24,000 bases of DNA from Limimonas halophila. Its GTDB lineage: Bacteria > Pseudomonadota > Alphaproteobacteria > Kiloniellales > Rhodovibrionaceae. The notes under the pieces were generated by a model. That model was not told where the DNA came from. It was given only the letters and a program-made list of their open reading frames with translations, and ran no database searches. Made by a program: the position numbers and the translations under genes. Shown in pieces: positions 1 to 8,170 of the stretch; the first letter of the stretch is position 1; each line of letters begins with the position of its first letter. The stretch spans positions 545,252 to 569,251 of the forward strand of contig NZ_FNCE01000001.1 of assembly GCF_900100655.1 (NCBI RefSeq), given 5' to 3'.

Positions 1-417
1 CCCGTGCCGGTGTGCTACGTTAATGTCGTGCGCGATCCCTGGGACAACGTGGCGACCAAGGCGCTGCGCACGGGCCGGCCGGTGACGGAAGCCGCGCGCA
101 TCTTCACCGCCAACGCGCGCACGATCGCCGAGTTGACCGAGCGCGCGCCCGAGCGGGTGAGCACGCTCCACCTGGACCAGCTGATCGCCGAGCCGGCGCC
201 GGTGCTGCGGCAATTGATCGCTTTCCTGGGCGCGAGCGCGCCCGAGCGGGCCTACCTGGATGCCTGCGCGGCCCTGCTGTTCACGAAGCCGAGCCGCACG
301 CGCGAGCGCGTGACCTGGTCCGCCGAAGCGGTGGCGGAATTGGACGCGGCCTGCCGCGACATTCCCTTCCTGCAGCGCTACGCGCGCGGCGCCGAAGCGG
401 ACTCCGCGCCAGCATAG
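1..417 (+). CDS. sulfotransferase-family protein, C-terminal part (5' end lies outside the window)
   Basis: The ORF runs in from the window edge and stops at TAG 415-417. The sequence VRDPWDNVAT...LHLDQLIAEP...LIAFLG resembles the C-terminal half of bacterial Sulfotransfer_3-type proteins. Third-position GC is typical of the coding regions here. Confidence 0.45.
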   Translation, partial: PVPVCYVNVVRDPWDNVATKALRTGRPVTEAARIFTANARTIAELTERAPERVSTLHLDQLIAEPAPVLRQLIAFLGASAPERAYLDACAALLFTKPSRTRERVTWSAEAVAELDAACRDIPFLQRYARGAEADSAPA

Positions 418-1571
418 GCGAGACTCGGGGGCACGGCGGGTGCCACGCCGAGCATCCGGCGCACGGCAGCCACCGAGCGGATCAGGGCGTCAAGTTCGCG
501 CGCCGGCGGCTGCTCCACCAGGAGCTGCCCGTCCGACGTCCACGACGCCAGGCCACCCGCCACGAGCGCGCGGTGCACGGCGGCGATCTCGCGCGGCGGG
601 GTGACGATGCCGCGCCGCGTCAGGGCAGGCAGCGCCGGGCGGGCCAGCGCGGCCGCACCCGCCAGGACCCGCGCGCCCAGCCGCATGGGCAGCGGCACGA
701 CGTGCACCGGCTTGCCCGTGGCGCAGGTGTCCGACAGCGCCGAGACGCTGTCGCCGCTGACGACGAAGCGGTCGGCCAGCGCCAGATACGCCGTGAACGG
801 GTTGGGCTGGCTGCGATCGCGGTCCCAGCGATAGACGTTCGCCGGCACGCTCAGCGCCTGCTCGGCCGCCGCCGCGGCGTTCGCCGGGGTGCGTGGCCCG
901 GTCGTCATCAGTACCGAGCCGCCGGCGCGGGCCGCCAGGGCGTCGGCGGTCGCCGCGATGCGCCGGGCCGTCGCGGTGTCCAGCCGGTGCGAGGACGAGG
1001 GGCCGCCCAGGATGCAGCCGATGCGCGGGCGCGGCAGATGCGCCAGGCGGGGTTGCCATTCCGCCGCCGCGGCCGCCAGGGCCTGGGTGGTGACGCCGTT
1101 CAACGGCAAGAGGTTGTGCAGCACGTTGGGGGCTTGGGGCAGGCCGTACTGCGGCGTGGTGATCACGAGGTCGAACCACGCCAGCGGTGCGCGCGGCCGG
1201 CCGATCTGCACCAGCCGGGGGCTTCCGTTCGCCTGACGCTTGATCCAGCGCGCCACCGGCACGCTGCGCTGCCCGGTGCCGATCACGACGTCGGGCCAGG
1301 GCGGCCGCAAGTGCTCGCCGCCGCTGCGCAGCGACCGCGGCGAAGCGCCCTGCAGCCCTTTGGGCACATGGTGCCACGGGTTGTGGGCCAGGGGAATTTC
1401 GCGGTAGGGCCAGCCCAGGGCCTCCGCGAGCTGCCGGGCCTGGACGTTATCGCCCGTGCGCGCGCCCATGAGGACCCAGATGCGCGGCGGCTCACCCGAG
1501 GTGGCGGTGGTTCGCGCGGTCTCCCCGGCCTGGTCGGGCCGCGCCCCGATCTTGTCCGTCGATGGCCGCAC
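378..1571 (-). CDS. ELM1/DUF1022-family protein (mitochondrial-fission ELM1-like, glycosyltransferase-like fold)
   Basis: These are the last 397 codons of the 807-aa ORF-track entry. The N-terminus RIWVLMGARTGDNVQARQLAEALGW and the overall pattern are typical of the ELM1/DUF1022 family. A GTG at 1569-1571 has GGAGG 7 nt upstream. The ATG at 1467-1469 is an alternative start but would remove the conserved IWVL strand. The gene converges on, and overlaps, the sulfotransferase gene by 40 nt. Confidence 0.6.
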   Translation of the reverse strand: MRPSTDKIGARPDQAGETARTTATSGEPPRIWVLMGARTGDNVQARQLAEALGWPYREIPLAHNPWHHVPKGLQGASPRSLRSGGEHLRPPWPDVVIGTGQRSVPVARWIKRQANGSPRLVQIGRPRAPLAWFDLVITTPQYGLPQAPNVLHNLLPLNGVTTQALAAAAAEWQPRLAHLPRPRIGCILGGPSSSHRLDTATARRIAATADALAARAGGSVLMTTGPRTPANAAAAAEQALSVPANVYRWDRDRSQPNPFTAYLALADRFVVSGDSVSALSDTCATGKPVHVVPLPMRLGARVLAGAAALARPALPALTRRGIVTPPREIAAVHRALVAGGLASWTSDGQLLVEQPPARELDALIRSVAAVRRMLGVAPAVPPSLAYAGAESASAPRA

Positions 1572-1627
1572 GCGTCCGCCTCCAAGCGGGCTGCCCGGCC
1601 GGGATGCCCGGTCGGGCGCGGGCGAGA

Positions 1628-2962
1628 TCAGGTCAATTCGTGGGGAAGCCGGCGAACCGCTTCCCGGAGCCCGTCGTACGCCGTCGCGAGCTGGTCGTCC
1701 GTGATCCCGAACGGCGGCATCAGGTAGACGACGTTGCCCAGCGGCCGGATCAAAAGCCCCTTCTCGCGGAAGAACCGCTTCAGCCACGGCCCCGCCGCCG
1801 AGCGGTACCCGCCGGAATCGTCGCCCAGCTCCACGTCGAATGCCATCAGCGTGCCGTAAACGCGCGGGCGCGTCACCACGTCTTCCTTCATCAACTCCGC
1901 CAGGGCGTCGCGGTGCTGTTGCTCGATGTGGGCGCGCTGGCGCGTGCAGCGCTCGCCCTCCAACAGGTCGAGCGAGGCCAGCGCGGCGGCGCAGGCCAGC
2001 GGGTTCGCCGTGAAGGAATGGCCGTGCAGGAAGGCGCGGTCGATGCTCTCGCCCAGGAAGGCGTCGTGGATGTAATCCTGTGTGACGGTCAGGGCCATGG
2101 GCAGGAAGCCGCCCGTCAGCCCCTTGGACAGGCAGATCAGGTCCGGCGTCACCTCCGCCTTGAGGCAGGCGAACTGCTCGCCCAGGCGCCCGAAGCCGGT
2201 CATGACCTCGTCGAAGATCACCAGCACGCCGTGGTGGTGCAGGCGGTGGGCGACCGCGCGCAGAAACTCGGGGCGGTGCATGCGCATGCCGCCGGCGCCC
2301 TGGACCAGGGGCTCGATAATGGCGGCGGCGGTGCTGTGGCCGTACTGCTCCAGGTGGGTGTCCAGACGCGCCAGGGCCTCCTGCTCGCGCTTCTCGATCT
2401 CGGTGTCGCCGTCGAAGGTGGGCGGCACGGGCGCGACGTCCACCGGGAAGAGCAGGTCGTTGAAGGGGTCGAAGAACTGCGAGGACACGCCCGCCGACAT
2501 CGCGCCCACGGTGTCGCCGTGGTAGCCACCGTCGAACGCCAGGAAGCGGGTGCGCCCGCTGTCGCCGACGTTCTGGCAGTACTGCAGTGCCATCTTGAGC
2601 GCCACTTCGACGGCCGTGGAGCCGTTGTCGGAGAAGAAGGTGCGGTTCAGCCCGCCCGGCAGGATGTGCGCCAGCCGCCGGCTGAGCTCCGCCGCCGGGG
2701 CGTGGGTGTTGCCGGCGAAGATGACCTGCTCGACCGTCTGCGCCTGGCGGTGGATGGCCTCGACGATCTCCGGCTGGGCGTGGCCGTGCAGCGTCGTCCA
2801 CCAGGACGAGATCATGTCCAGGTGCTGGTGGCCCTCGGTGTCCTCCAGCACCGCGCCGTACGCGCGCGCCACCGGGATGGGGTCGGGCGCGGTGCCGGCC
2901 TGGGTGAAGGGGTGCCAGATGTAGCGCCGGTCGCTGGCGAGCAGCTCTTCAGTCGTGGTCAT
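1628..2962 (-). CDS. bioA: adenosylmethionine-8-amino-7-oxononanoate aminotransferase
   Basis: 444 aa starting MTTTEELLASDRRYIWHPFTQ. It shows class-III aminotransferase features (SWWTTLHGH, DEVMTGFGRLG, SKGLTGG with the PLP lysine). Its ATG overlaps the bioD stop as ATGA at 2959-2962. Confidence 0.9.
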   Translation of the reverse strand: MTTTEELLASDRRYIWHPFTQAGTAPDPIPVARAYGAVLEDTEGHQHLDMISSWWTTLHGHAQPEIVEAIHRQAQTVEQVIFAGNTHAPAAELSRRLAHILPGGLNRTFFSDNGSTAVEVALKMALQYCQNVGDSGRTRFLAFDGGYHGDTVGAMSAGVSSQFFDPFNDLLFPVDVAPVPPTFDGDTEIEKREQEALARLDTHLEQYGHSTAAAIIEPLVQGAGGMRMHRPEFLRAVAHRLHHHGVLVIFDEVMTGFGRLGEQFACLKAEVTPDLICLSKGLTGGFLPMALTVTQDYIHDAFLGESIDRAFLHGHSFTANPLACAAALASLDLLEGERCTRQRAHIEQQHRDALAELMKEDVVTRPRVYGTLMAFDVELGDDSGGYRSAAGPWLKRFFREKGLLIRPLGNVVYLMPPFGITDDQLATAYDGLREAVRRLPHELT

Positions 2963-3702
2963 CGCGGGGCTCCGCTGTCGATCACGCCGGTGGCGGCGAG
3001 GCGGTCCATCAGGCCCGGCTGGGTGTCCAGCGCCGCCGCCACGGCCGCGGCGTCTGGCGTTTCCATGTGGGGAATGGGCCCGAAGACCGGCGTGGGCGCA
3101 AGGGCGTTGAGGGTCGCGGCGTTGTCGCGCTGGATCGCCGCGGCGTCCGCATCCGCCGGCACGGTTTCCGTCAGGATGGTCGCGGCCACGGGAATGCGGC
3201 GGGCGCGCAGGGCTTCCAGCGTCAGCAGGGTGTGGTTGAGCGTCCCCAGCCCGGCGCGGGCGACCAGGAGCGCCGGCAGGCCAGTCGCGGCGACGAGGTC
3301 GGTCATGAAGCGCTCGCCGTCGAGCGGCACGAGCACGCCGCCCGCGGCCTCGCACACCATCGTGCCGTACTGGCCGCGCAGCGCGGTGAGCGCCCGCGTG
3401 ATGACGGCGAGGTCGACTGGCCGCTCCGCCTCGCGCGCGGCGAGGTGCGGGCTGCACGCGGGTTCGTAGCAGCACGGCGCCATGCGCGCGTAGGTTTCCG
3501 CGTCGGGCGCGAGGTCCGTCCCCGCCAGCAGGGTGTCCAGGTCGGGCGCCCGCCAGCCGGTTTCGGTCCGGGTCGCGCCCGTTTGGACCGGCTTCATGGG
3601 TGCGGCATCGACGCCGTGCCCGCGCAGCCAGCGCAGCAGGCCGGCGGTGACGATCGTCTTGCCGGCGTCGGTGTCGGTGCCGACGACGAAACAGCCGCTC
3701 AT
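2959..3702 (-). CDS. bioD: dethiobiotin synthase
   Basis: 247 aa with N-terminus MSGCFVVGTDTDAGKT (P-loop GTDTxxGKT), typical of BioD. It has ATGA overlaps with bioC upstream (3699-3702) and bioA downstream. Confidence 0.9.
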   Translation of the reverse strand: MSGCFVVGTDTDAGKTIVTAGLLRWLRGHGVDAAPMKPVQTGATRTETGWRAPDLDTLLAGTDLAPDAETYARMAPCCYEPACSPHLAAREAERPVDLAVITRALTALRGQYGTMVCEAAGGVLVPLDGERFMTDLVAATGLPALLVARAGLGTLNHTLLTLEALRARRIPVAATILTETVPADADAAAIQRDNAATLNALAPTPVFGPIPHMETPDAAAVAAALDTQPGLMDRLAATGVIDSGAPR

Positions 3703-4472
3703 GCGCCTTTCTCCGCCACCAGGATGAGCACGCGGAAGGTCAGGGTGGCACTGCCGTCGGCGTCCGCGTAGGCTGCCAGCGCACGCCGCAGCGCGCCAAC
3801 GCTCGCCGGCCGCCCAGCGTCCGGCCGCCGCGCCGTGGCGCCGAGCGCGCGCAGGGTGCGCAGGGCCGCCAGCGCGTCCGGGCACTGCTGCGTCAGCGCC
3901 GTTTCCGCGTCCGCGATCGGGGTGGCGCCCGCGCCGCGGACGGCGTTGCGGTACGTCGCGGCGGCCGGGTAGGCAATCCCCGGCCAGGGGCGGCCCGTCT
4001 GCCGGCGGTACGCGCCCGCCAGCGCGTCCAGGCTGCCGGGCAGGGGCACGCACGCGGCCACCAGCCCGCCCGGCGGCAGCGCGGCGGCCCAGCGCCCCAG
4101 CACGCCGGGGCCGTCGGGCATCCAGTGCAGGGCGAAGCTGCTGGCGACGAGGTCGGCGGGCCGCGCCGGGGCCGTGACGGCATCGGCGACGGCGAAGCTG
4201 TGCTCGGGCCAGCGCTCGCGGCAGCGCGCAACCATGCCCTCGGCCATGTCCAGGCCCGTCACGCGCGCGCCCGGATAACGCCGCAGCAGCGCCGCCGTGA
4301 GCAGGCCGGTGCCGCAGCCCAGATCGACCATCTCGCGCACGTCACGCCCGGCGGGCAGGCGCGCCGTCAGCGCGTCCGCCGCGTGGCGCTGCACGGCCGC
4401 CGCCGCGTCGTAGGTCTCGGCCGCCGCCGAGAAGCGCTCGGCGACCGCGCTCGGGTCAGGCGCCAGCGTCAC
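3699..4472 (-). CDS. bioC: malonyl-ACP O-methyltransferase (class I SAM methyltransferase)
   Basis: The SAM motif VDLGCGTG and the SSFALHW motif are present, and the gene sits between the esterase and bioD. The ORF track starts at TTG 4478. I prefer GTG 4470-4472 because GGAGG then lies 6 nt upstream, whereas it abuts the TTG. The start is uncertain by 2 codons. Confidence 0.8.
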   Translation of the reverse strand: MTLAPDPSAVAERFSAAAETYDAAAAVQRHAADALTARLPAGRDVREMVDLGCGTGLLTAALLRRYPGARVTGLDMAEGMVARCRERWPEHSFAVADAVTAPARPADLVASSFALHWMPDGPGVLGRWAAALPPGGLVAACVPLPGSLDALAGAYRRQTGRPWPGIAYPAAATYRNAVRGAGATPIADAETALTQQCPDALAALRTLRALGATARRPDAGRPASVGALRRALAAYADADGSATLTFRVLILVAEKGA

Positions 4473-5148
4473 GGGCAACCTCCGTCAAGGCGGCGGCGAT
4501 CGTCTCCGGGTGGCTGAAGGGCAGCGCGTGGCCGCCGTCGAGCGGGATGAAGCGCGCCGCCGGCATCGCGTGCGCCAGCCGTTCGCCCGCCGCGACCGGA
4601 ACGATGGCGTCCGCGCGGCCGTGGATCACGGCCGCTGGCACCGTGACCGCCGCCGCCGTCGCGCGCAGGTCCGTTTCGGCGAGGTGGTCCAGCCCGTCCG
4701 CCAGCCGCGCGCGCGGCACACCGGTGGTGGCCCGCTCGCGCCAAGCGTCGGCGGTTTCGCCCGCCTCGGGGGCCGCCGCCCGCCGCCAGAAGTCCGCCAG
4801 CACGCGCTCGGGATCGCGCGTTACGCCCAGGCGCATGCTGCGCAGACCGCGCGCGTCCGCGCCTGGATGGTCTTCATCCGCCAGGAAGCGCGCGGGCGTG
4901 CCCACCAGCACGAGGCCCGCGACCGCGTGGGGCTTCCTCGCCGCCGCCGCGAGCGCGAGCTGTCCACCGAGCGACCACCCCACGAGCACGGGCGGCGTGG
5001 CGGCCTGGTCGAGCATGGCGTCCAGCGCCGTCGGCGGCTCGCCGAGCGCGTCCCACCACGCGCACATGACCCCCTGCCATTGCCGGCACACGGCGTTGAA
5101 GGCGCAGGCGTCGCTGCCCCAGCCGGGGATGTAGAGCGGCCACGTCAT
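4456..5148 (-). CDS. bioH: alpha/beta-hydrolase, pimeloyl-ACP methyl ester esterase (BioH-like)
   Basis: 230 aa with the nucleophile elbow GWSLGG and a C-terminal GGHALPFSHP histidine region. It occupies the BioH slot of a bioBFHCD-type operon. Its ATG overlaps the bioF stop as ATGA at 5145-5148. Confidence 0.65.
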   Translation of the reverse strand: MTWPLYIPGWGSDACAFNAVCRQWQGVMCAWWDALGEPPTALDAMLDQAATPPVLVGWSLGGQLALAAAARKPHAVAGLVLVGTPARFLADEDHPGADARGLRSMRLGVTRDPERVLADFWRRAAAPEAGETADAWRERATTGVPRARLADGLDHLAETDLRATAAAVTVPAAVIHGRADAIVPVAAGERLAHAMPAARFIPLDGGHALPFSHPETIAAALTEVARDAGA

Positions 5149-6329
5149 CTCTCGCGCGCCACCCCGCAGACGTCCGCGGCCTCGGCGAAGGCGTCCGCCG
5201 CGCGGTCGAGCAGGCCCGCGTCGTCGTGCGCCAGCGTGACCGACACACGCAGGCGCGCGGTGCCCGGCGGCACCGTGGGTGGGCGCATGGCGCCGCAGAT
5301 GACGCCGCGCTCACTGAGCGCGTCCGCCATCGCCCGCGCCTGCTCGTTGTCGCCGATGTGGACGGGCAGGATGGGCGACTGCGCCGCCGGAACCCGGAAG
5401 CCGCGCGCCGTCAGCCGCGCCGCCAGCCCGCGCGCCACCGCCAGCAGCCGCGCGCCCATCCGGCCGCCGTCTTCGCGAATGCGCCGCAGGGCCGTCTGCG
5501 CCGCCGCCGCGCTCGCGGGCGGCAGGCCCGTCGTGTAGATGAAGGCGCGCGCGTGGTTGATGAGGTAGGCGCGCAGCCGCGCGTCGCAGACCGCGAAGCC
5601 GCCGTAGCCGCCGACCGCCTTGCCGAAGCCGCCGGTGAGCACGTCGGCCCGCACGCCCGCCGCCGCGCACGCTCCCGCGCCGCCGGGGCCGAGCACGCCC
5701 AGCGCGTGCGCTTCGTCGACGATCAGCAGCGCCCCGTGCCGCCGCGCCACGGCGGCGATTTCGGCGAGCGGCGCCACGTCGCCGTCCATGCTGAACACGC
5801 TGTCGGTGACAACGAGCGCGGGCGCGCTCTCGCAGCCAGGGTTTTTGCCCAGCAGGGCGTCCAGGTGCTCGGGATCGTTGTGGCGGTAGCGCTGCCAGCG
5901 CGCCCCGGCCAGACGCACGCCGTCCAGAAGGCTGGCGTGGTTCAGGCGGTCGCAGAACACCGGCGTCCCCCGCCCGGCGAGCGCGCTGAGCACCCCCAGG
6001 TTGGCGAGGTAGCCGCTGCCGAAGACGAGCGCGCTCTCGCCGCCCATGACGGCGGCCAGCTCGGCCTCCAGGGCCTCGTGGACGGGCAGCGTGCCGGTGA
6101 CGAGGCGCGAGGCGGTCGCCCCGGCGCCCCAGGCCCGCGCGGCTTCCGCCGCCGCGTCACACACGACAGAGTCGCGGGCAAGGTCGAGGTAATCGTTGCC
6201 CGCGAAGTTGATGCCGGCGTCCCCCTCCGCTGCCGGCCGGGTCGTTAGGCTGCGCAACAGCCCCTGCTCGGCGCGCTCGCGAAGCGCCTGATCCACCCAG
6301 GTCCGGTTTGCGCTGTCGCTGGCGCTCAC
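5145..6329 (-). CDS. bioF: 8-amino-7-oxononanoate synthase
   Basis: 394 aa alpha-oxoamine synthase with NDYLDL, SGYLAN, DEAHALG and the GGFGKAVGGYGG lysine region. The start is GTG at 6327-6329, with GGAGG 4 nt upstream. Confidence 0.9.
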   Translation of the reverse strand: MSASDSANRTWVDQALRERAEQGLLRSLTTRPAAEGDAGINFAGNDYLDLARDSVVCDAAAEAARAWGAGATASRLVTGTLPVHEALEAELAAVMGGESALVFGSGYLANLGVLSALAGRGTPVFCDRLNHASLLDGVRLAGARWQRYRHNDPEHLDALLGKNPGCESAPALVVTDSVFSMDGDVAPLAEIAAVARRHGALLIVDEAHALGVLGPGGAGACAAAGVRADVLTGGFGKAVGGYGGFAVCDARLRAYLINHARAFIYTTGLPPASAAAAQTALRRIREDGGRMGARLLAVARGLAARLTARGFRVPAAQSPILPVHIGDNEQARAMADALSERGVICGAMRPPTVPPGTARLRVSVTLAHDDAGLLDRAADAFAEAADVCGVARER

Positions 6330-6342
6330 GCCACCTCCGGGC

Positions 6343-7386
6343 TCAGGCCGGCTGCGCGGCGGTCTCGTCCGCGCCCGCTTCCTCGCTCGTGCCCGCGTCC
6401 TCCGGCTCGATCTCCACCTCGAAGCCGAGGTCCTGGATCATCGCCGCCGTCTCCGAGGCGAGCTGGCCGTCGGTGGTGAGGTAGCCCTCCACGAACACCG
6501 AGTTGGCCGGGTAGAGCGCCAGCGGCTGCAGGCTGCGCAGGTTGACCTCGCGCCCGCCGGCCACGCGCACGTCCGCCGCCGGCAGCAGGAAGCGCGCCAG
6601 CGCCAGCACCTTGAGGCAGTAGCGCGGGGTCAGGCCGCTGTCGATGTTTTCGAAGGGCGTGCCCTCGATCGGGATCAGGAAGTTGAGCGGCACGGAGTGC
6701 GGCTCGATCTCGCGCAGGTGGAAGAGCATGTCGACGATGTCTTCGTTGCTCTCCCCTTGGCCGACGATGCCGCCCGAGCACAGCTCCAGCCCCGCGTCCT
6801 GGGCGTTCGCCAGGGTCGCCACGCGGTCGGCGTAGGTGTGCGTGGTGCAGATGTTGGGGTAGTGCCGCTCGGAGGTGTTGAGGTTGTGGTTGAGGCGGTC
6901 CAGCCCCGCCGCCTTCAGGCGCTCGGCCTGATCGCTCTTGAGCAGCCCGATGGACAGGCAGGTGTCGATGCCGACCTCGTCCTTGATGCGCGAGATGACG
7001 CGGCAGAGGTTGTCGATCTCGCGGTTGGTCGGCCCGCGCCCCGAGAGCGCCATGCAGTAGCGCCGCGCGTCCAGATCCTTGGCGTGCCGGGCCTCCTTGA
7101 GGAACTGCTCGTCGTTCCACATGCGGTATTTCTCGATCGCCGCCGTGGAGATCTTCGACTGCGCGCAGTAGTGGCAGTCCTCGGGGCACAGCCCGCTCTT
7201 GACGTTGCTCAGCCGGTGCACGTGCACCTTCGACCCGCGCCGCTGGCGGCGCACGCGGTAGGCGGCGTGCAACAGGGCCAGCAGGTCGTCGTCCGACGAT
7301 TCCAGGACGGACAGCGCCTGCTCGCGCGTCAGCGCGTCGCCGGCGATCGCCGTCTCGGCGAGGGTGTCGAAGCTGGGCTCGGGCAT
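6343..7386 (-). CDS. bioB: biotin synthase (radical SAM)
   Basis: The radical-SAM motif CPEDCHYC and BioB-like YCMALSGRGP and LNHNLNTS regions are present. The ORF track starts at GTG 7440. I prefer ATG 7384-7386 (MPEPSFDTL) because GAGAGGA lies about 8 nt upstream. Confidence 0.9.
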   Translation of the reverse strand: MPEPSFDTLAETAIAGDALTREQALSVLESSDDDLLALLHAAYRVRRQRRGSKVHVHRLSNVKSGLCPEDCHYCAQSKISTAAIEKYRMWNDEQFLKEARHAKDLDARRYCMALSGRGPTNREIDNLCRVISRIKDEVGIDTCLSIGLLKSDQAERLKAAGLDRLNHNLNTSERHYPNICTTHTYADRVATLANAQDAGLELCSGGIVGQGESNEDIVDMLFHLREIEPHSVPLNFLIPIEGTPFENIDSGLTPRYCLKVLALARFLLPAADVRVAGGREVNLRSLQPLALYPANSVFVEGYLTTDGQLASETAAMIQDLGFEVEIEPEDAGTSEEAGADETAAQPA

Positions 7387-7585
7387 CGGGTCGGTCCTCT
7401 CGGGCGCGCCCCGGTTCGGCGGGGCGGTCTCAATTCTCACGCACGTGGCTCGCGGGGATGGGCCGGGCCGGGAACCCGGCGCGAACCGGACGCTAATTCA
7501 AGCCCGCGCCCGCGTCCATGCTGGTTTTCCCACGCGTCACCGCAGTTTTCGCGCGGGTTTTTTCGCACGCGCGCCGCATCTCCGT

Positions 7586-7610
7586 GGAACTTTTGCGGCG
7601 CCGGCCTGTC
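7586..7610 (+). promoter_or_regulatory. ECF-type promoter candidate P1 (GGAAC-N17-GTC) upstream of the sigma factor gene
   Basis: The sequence is GGAACTTTTGCGGCGCCGGCCTGTC, ending 20 nt before the ATG at 7631. GGAAC at -35 and a GTC-type -10 match the general shape of ECF promoters. It is 23/25 identical to the second copy at 9089-9113. Confidence 0.5.
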
Positions 7611-7630
7611 GGACCACATAGACGCGCAGG

Positions 7631-8170
7631 ATGCGCGAGCCCGGGGGGCCGATGCCCGACGACACTTTCCGCTGGATGCTCACATGCGAGACGCCGCGCC
7701 TGCGCCGCTTCGCCACGGCGCTGACGGGTGACGCGGAGCGCGCGGACGATCTCGTGCAGGACACGCTGGAACGGGCGCTGCGCAAGCGCCGGCTGTGGGC
7801 CGGGACGGGCAGCATGCGGAGTTGGCTGTTCAAGCTGCTCTACCGCGTGCACCTCAACCAGCGGAGCCGCGCGCGCACCGAGGCATCGGCCCTCACGGCC
7901 GTGGAATACCGGGACACCGGCAGCATGCCGGCCAACCAGGACAGCCACGTCGAGGTGCTCAATGTCTCCGTGGCCCTGCGCGCGCTGCCGGCGGAGCAGC
8001 GCGACGCCGTTCTGCTGGTGGGCCTGGAGGGCATGGCCTACGACGAAGCCGCGGATGTGCTCGGCGTCCGCGTGGGAACCCTGAAGTCGCGCCTCTACAG
8101 GGGGCGCGAGGCCCTGTGGGCGATCCGCCGGGGCGACGTCGCGGCGACGCAGACGAAGGTGCGCTCATGA
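7631..8170 (+). CDS. ECF (group 4) sigma-70 family RNA polymerase sigma factor
   Basis: 179 aa. Region 2 reads ADDLVQDTLERAL...SWLFKLLYRVHLNQ. Region 4 reads LPAEQRDAVLLVGLEGMAYDEAADVLGVRVGTLKSRLYRGREAL. The start could also be the ATG at 7652. Confidence 0.85.
   Translation: MREPGGPMPDDTFRWMLTCETPRLRRFATALTGDAERADDLVQDTLERALRKRRLWAGTGSMRSWLFKLLYRVHLNQRSRARTEASALTAVEYRDTGSMPANQDSHVEVLNVSVALRALPAEQRDAVLLVGLEGMAYDEAADVLGVRVGTLKSRLYRGREALWAIRRGDVAATQTKVRS

Noticed and set aside
378-2801. 807-aa ORF on the minus strand
   Set aside because: Only the last ~397 codons (378-1571) look like a real protein, of the ELM1 family. The upstream part is Arg/Pro/Gly-rich read-through lying out of frame over bioA, as is typical of open alternative frames in high-GC DNA.
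573-3469. Long plus-strand ORFs (573-1727 and 1562-3469) antisense to the ELM1-like, bioA and bioD genes
   Set aside because: They are shadow ORFs. Their composition is low-complexity and Arg/Gly/Ala-rich, with no motifs, and the opposite strand carries clearly recognisable enzymes.
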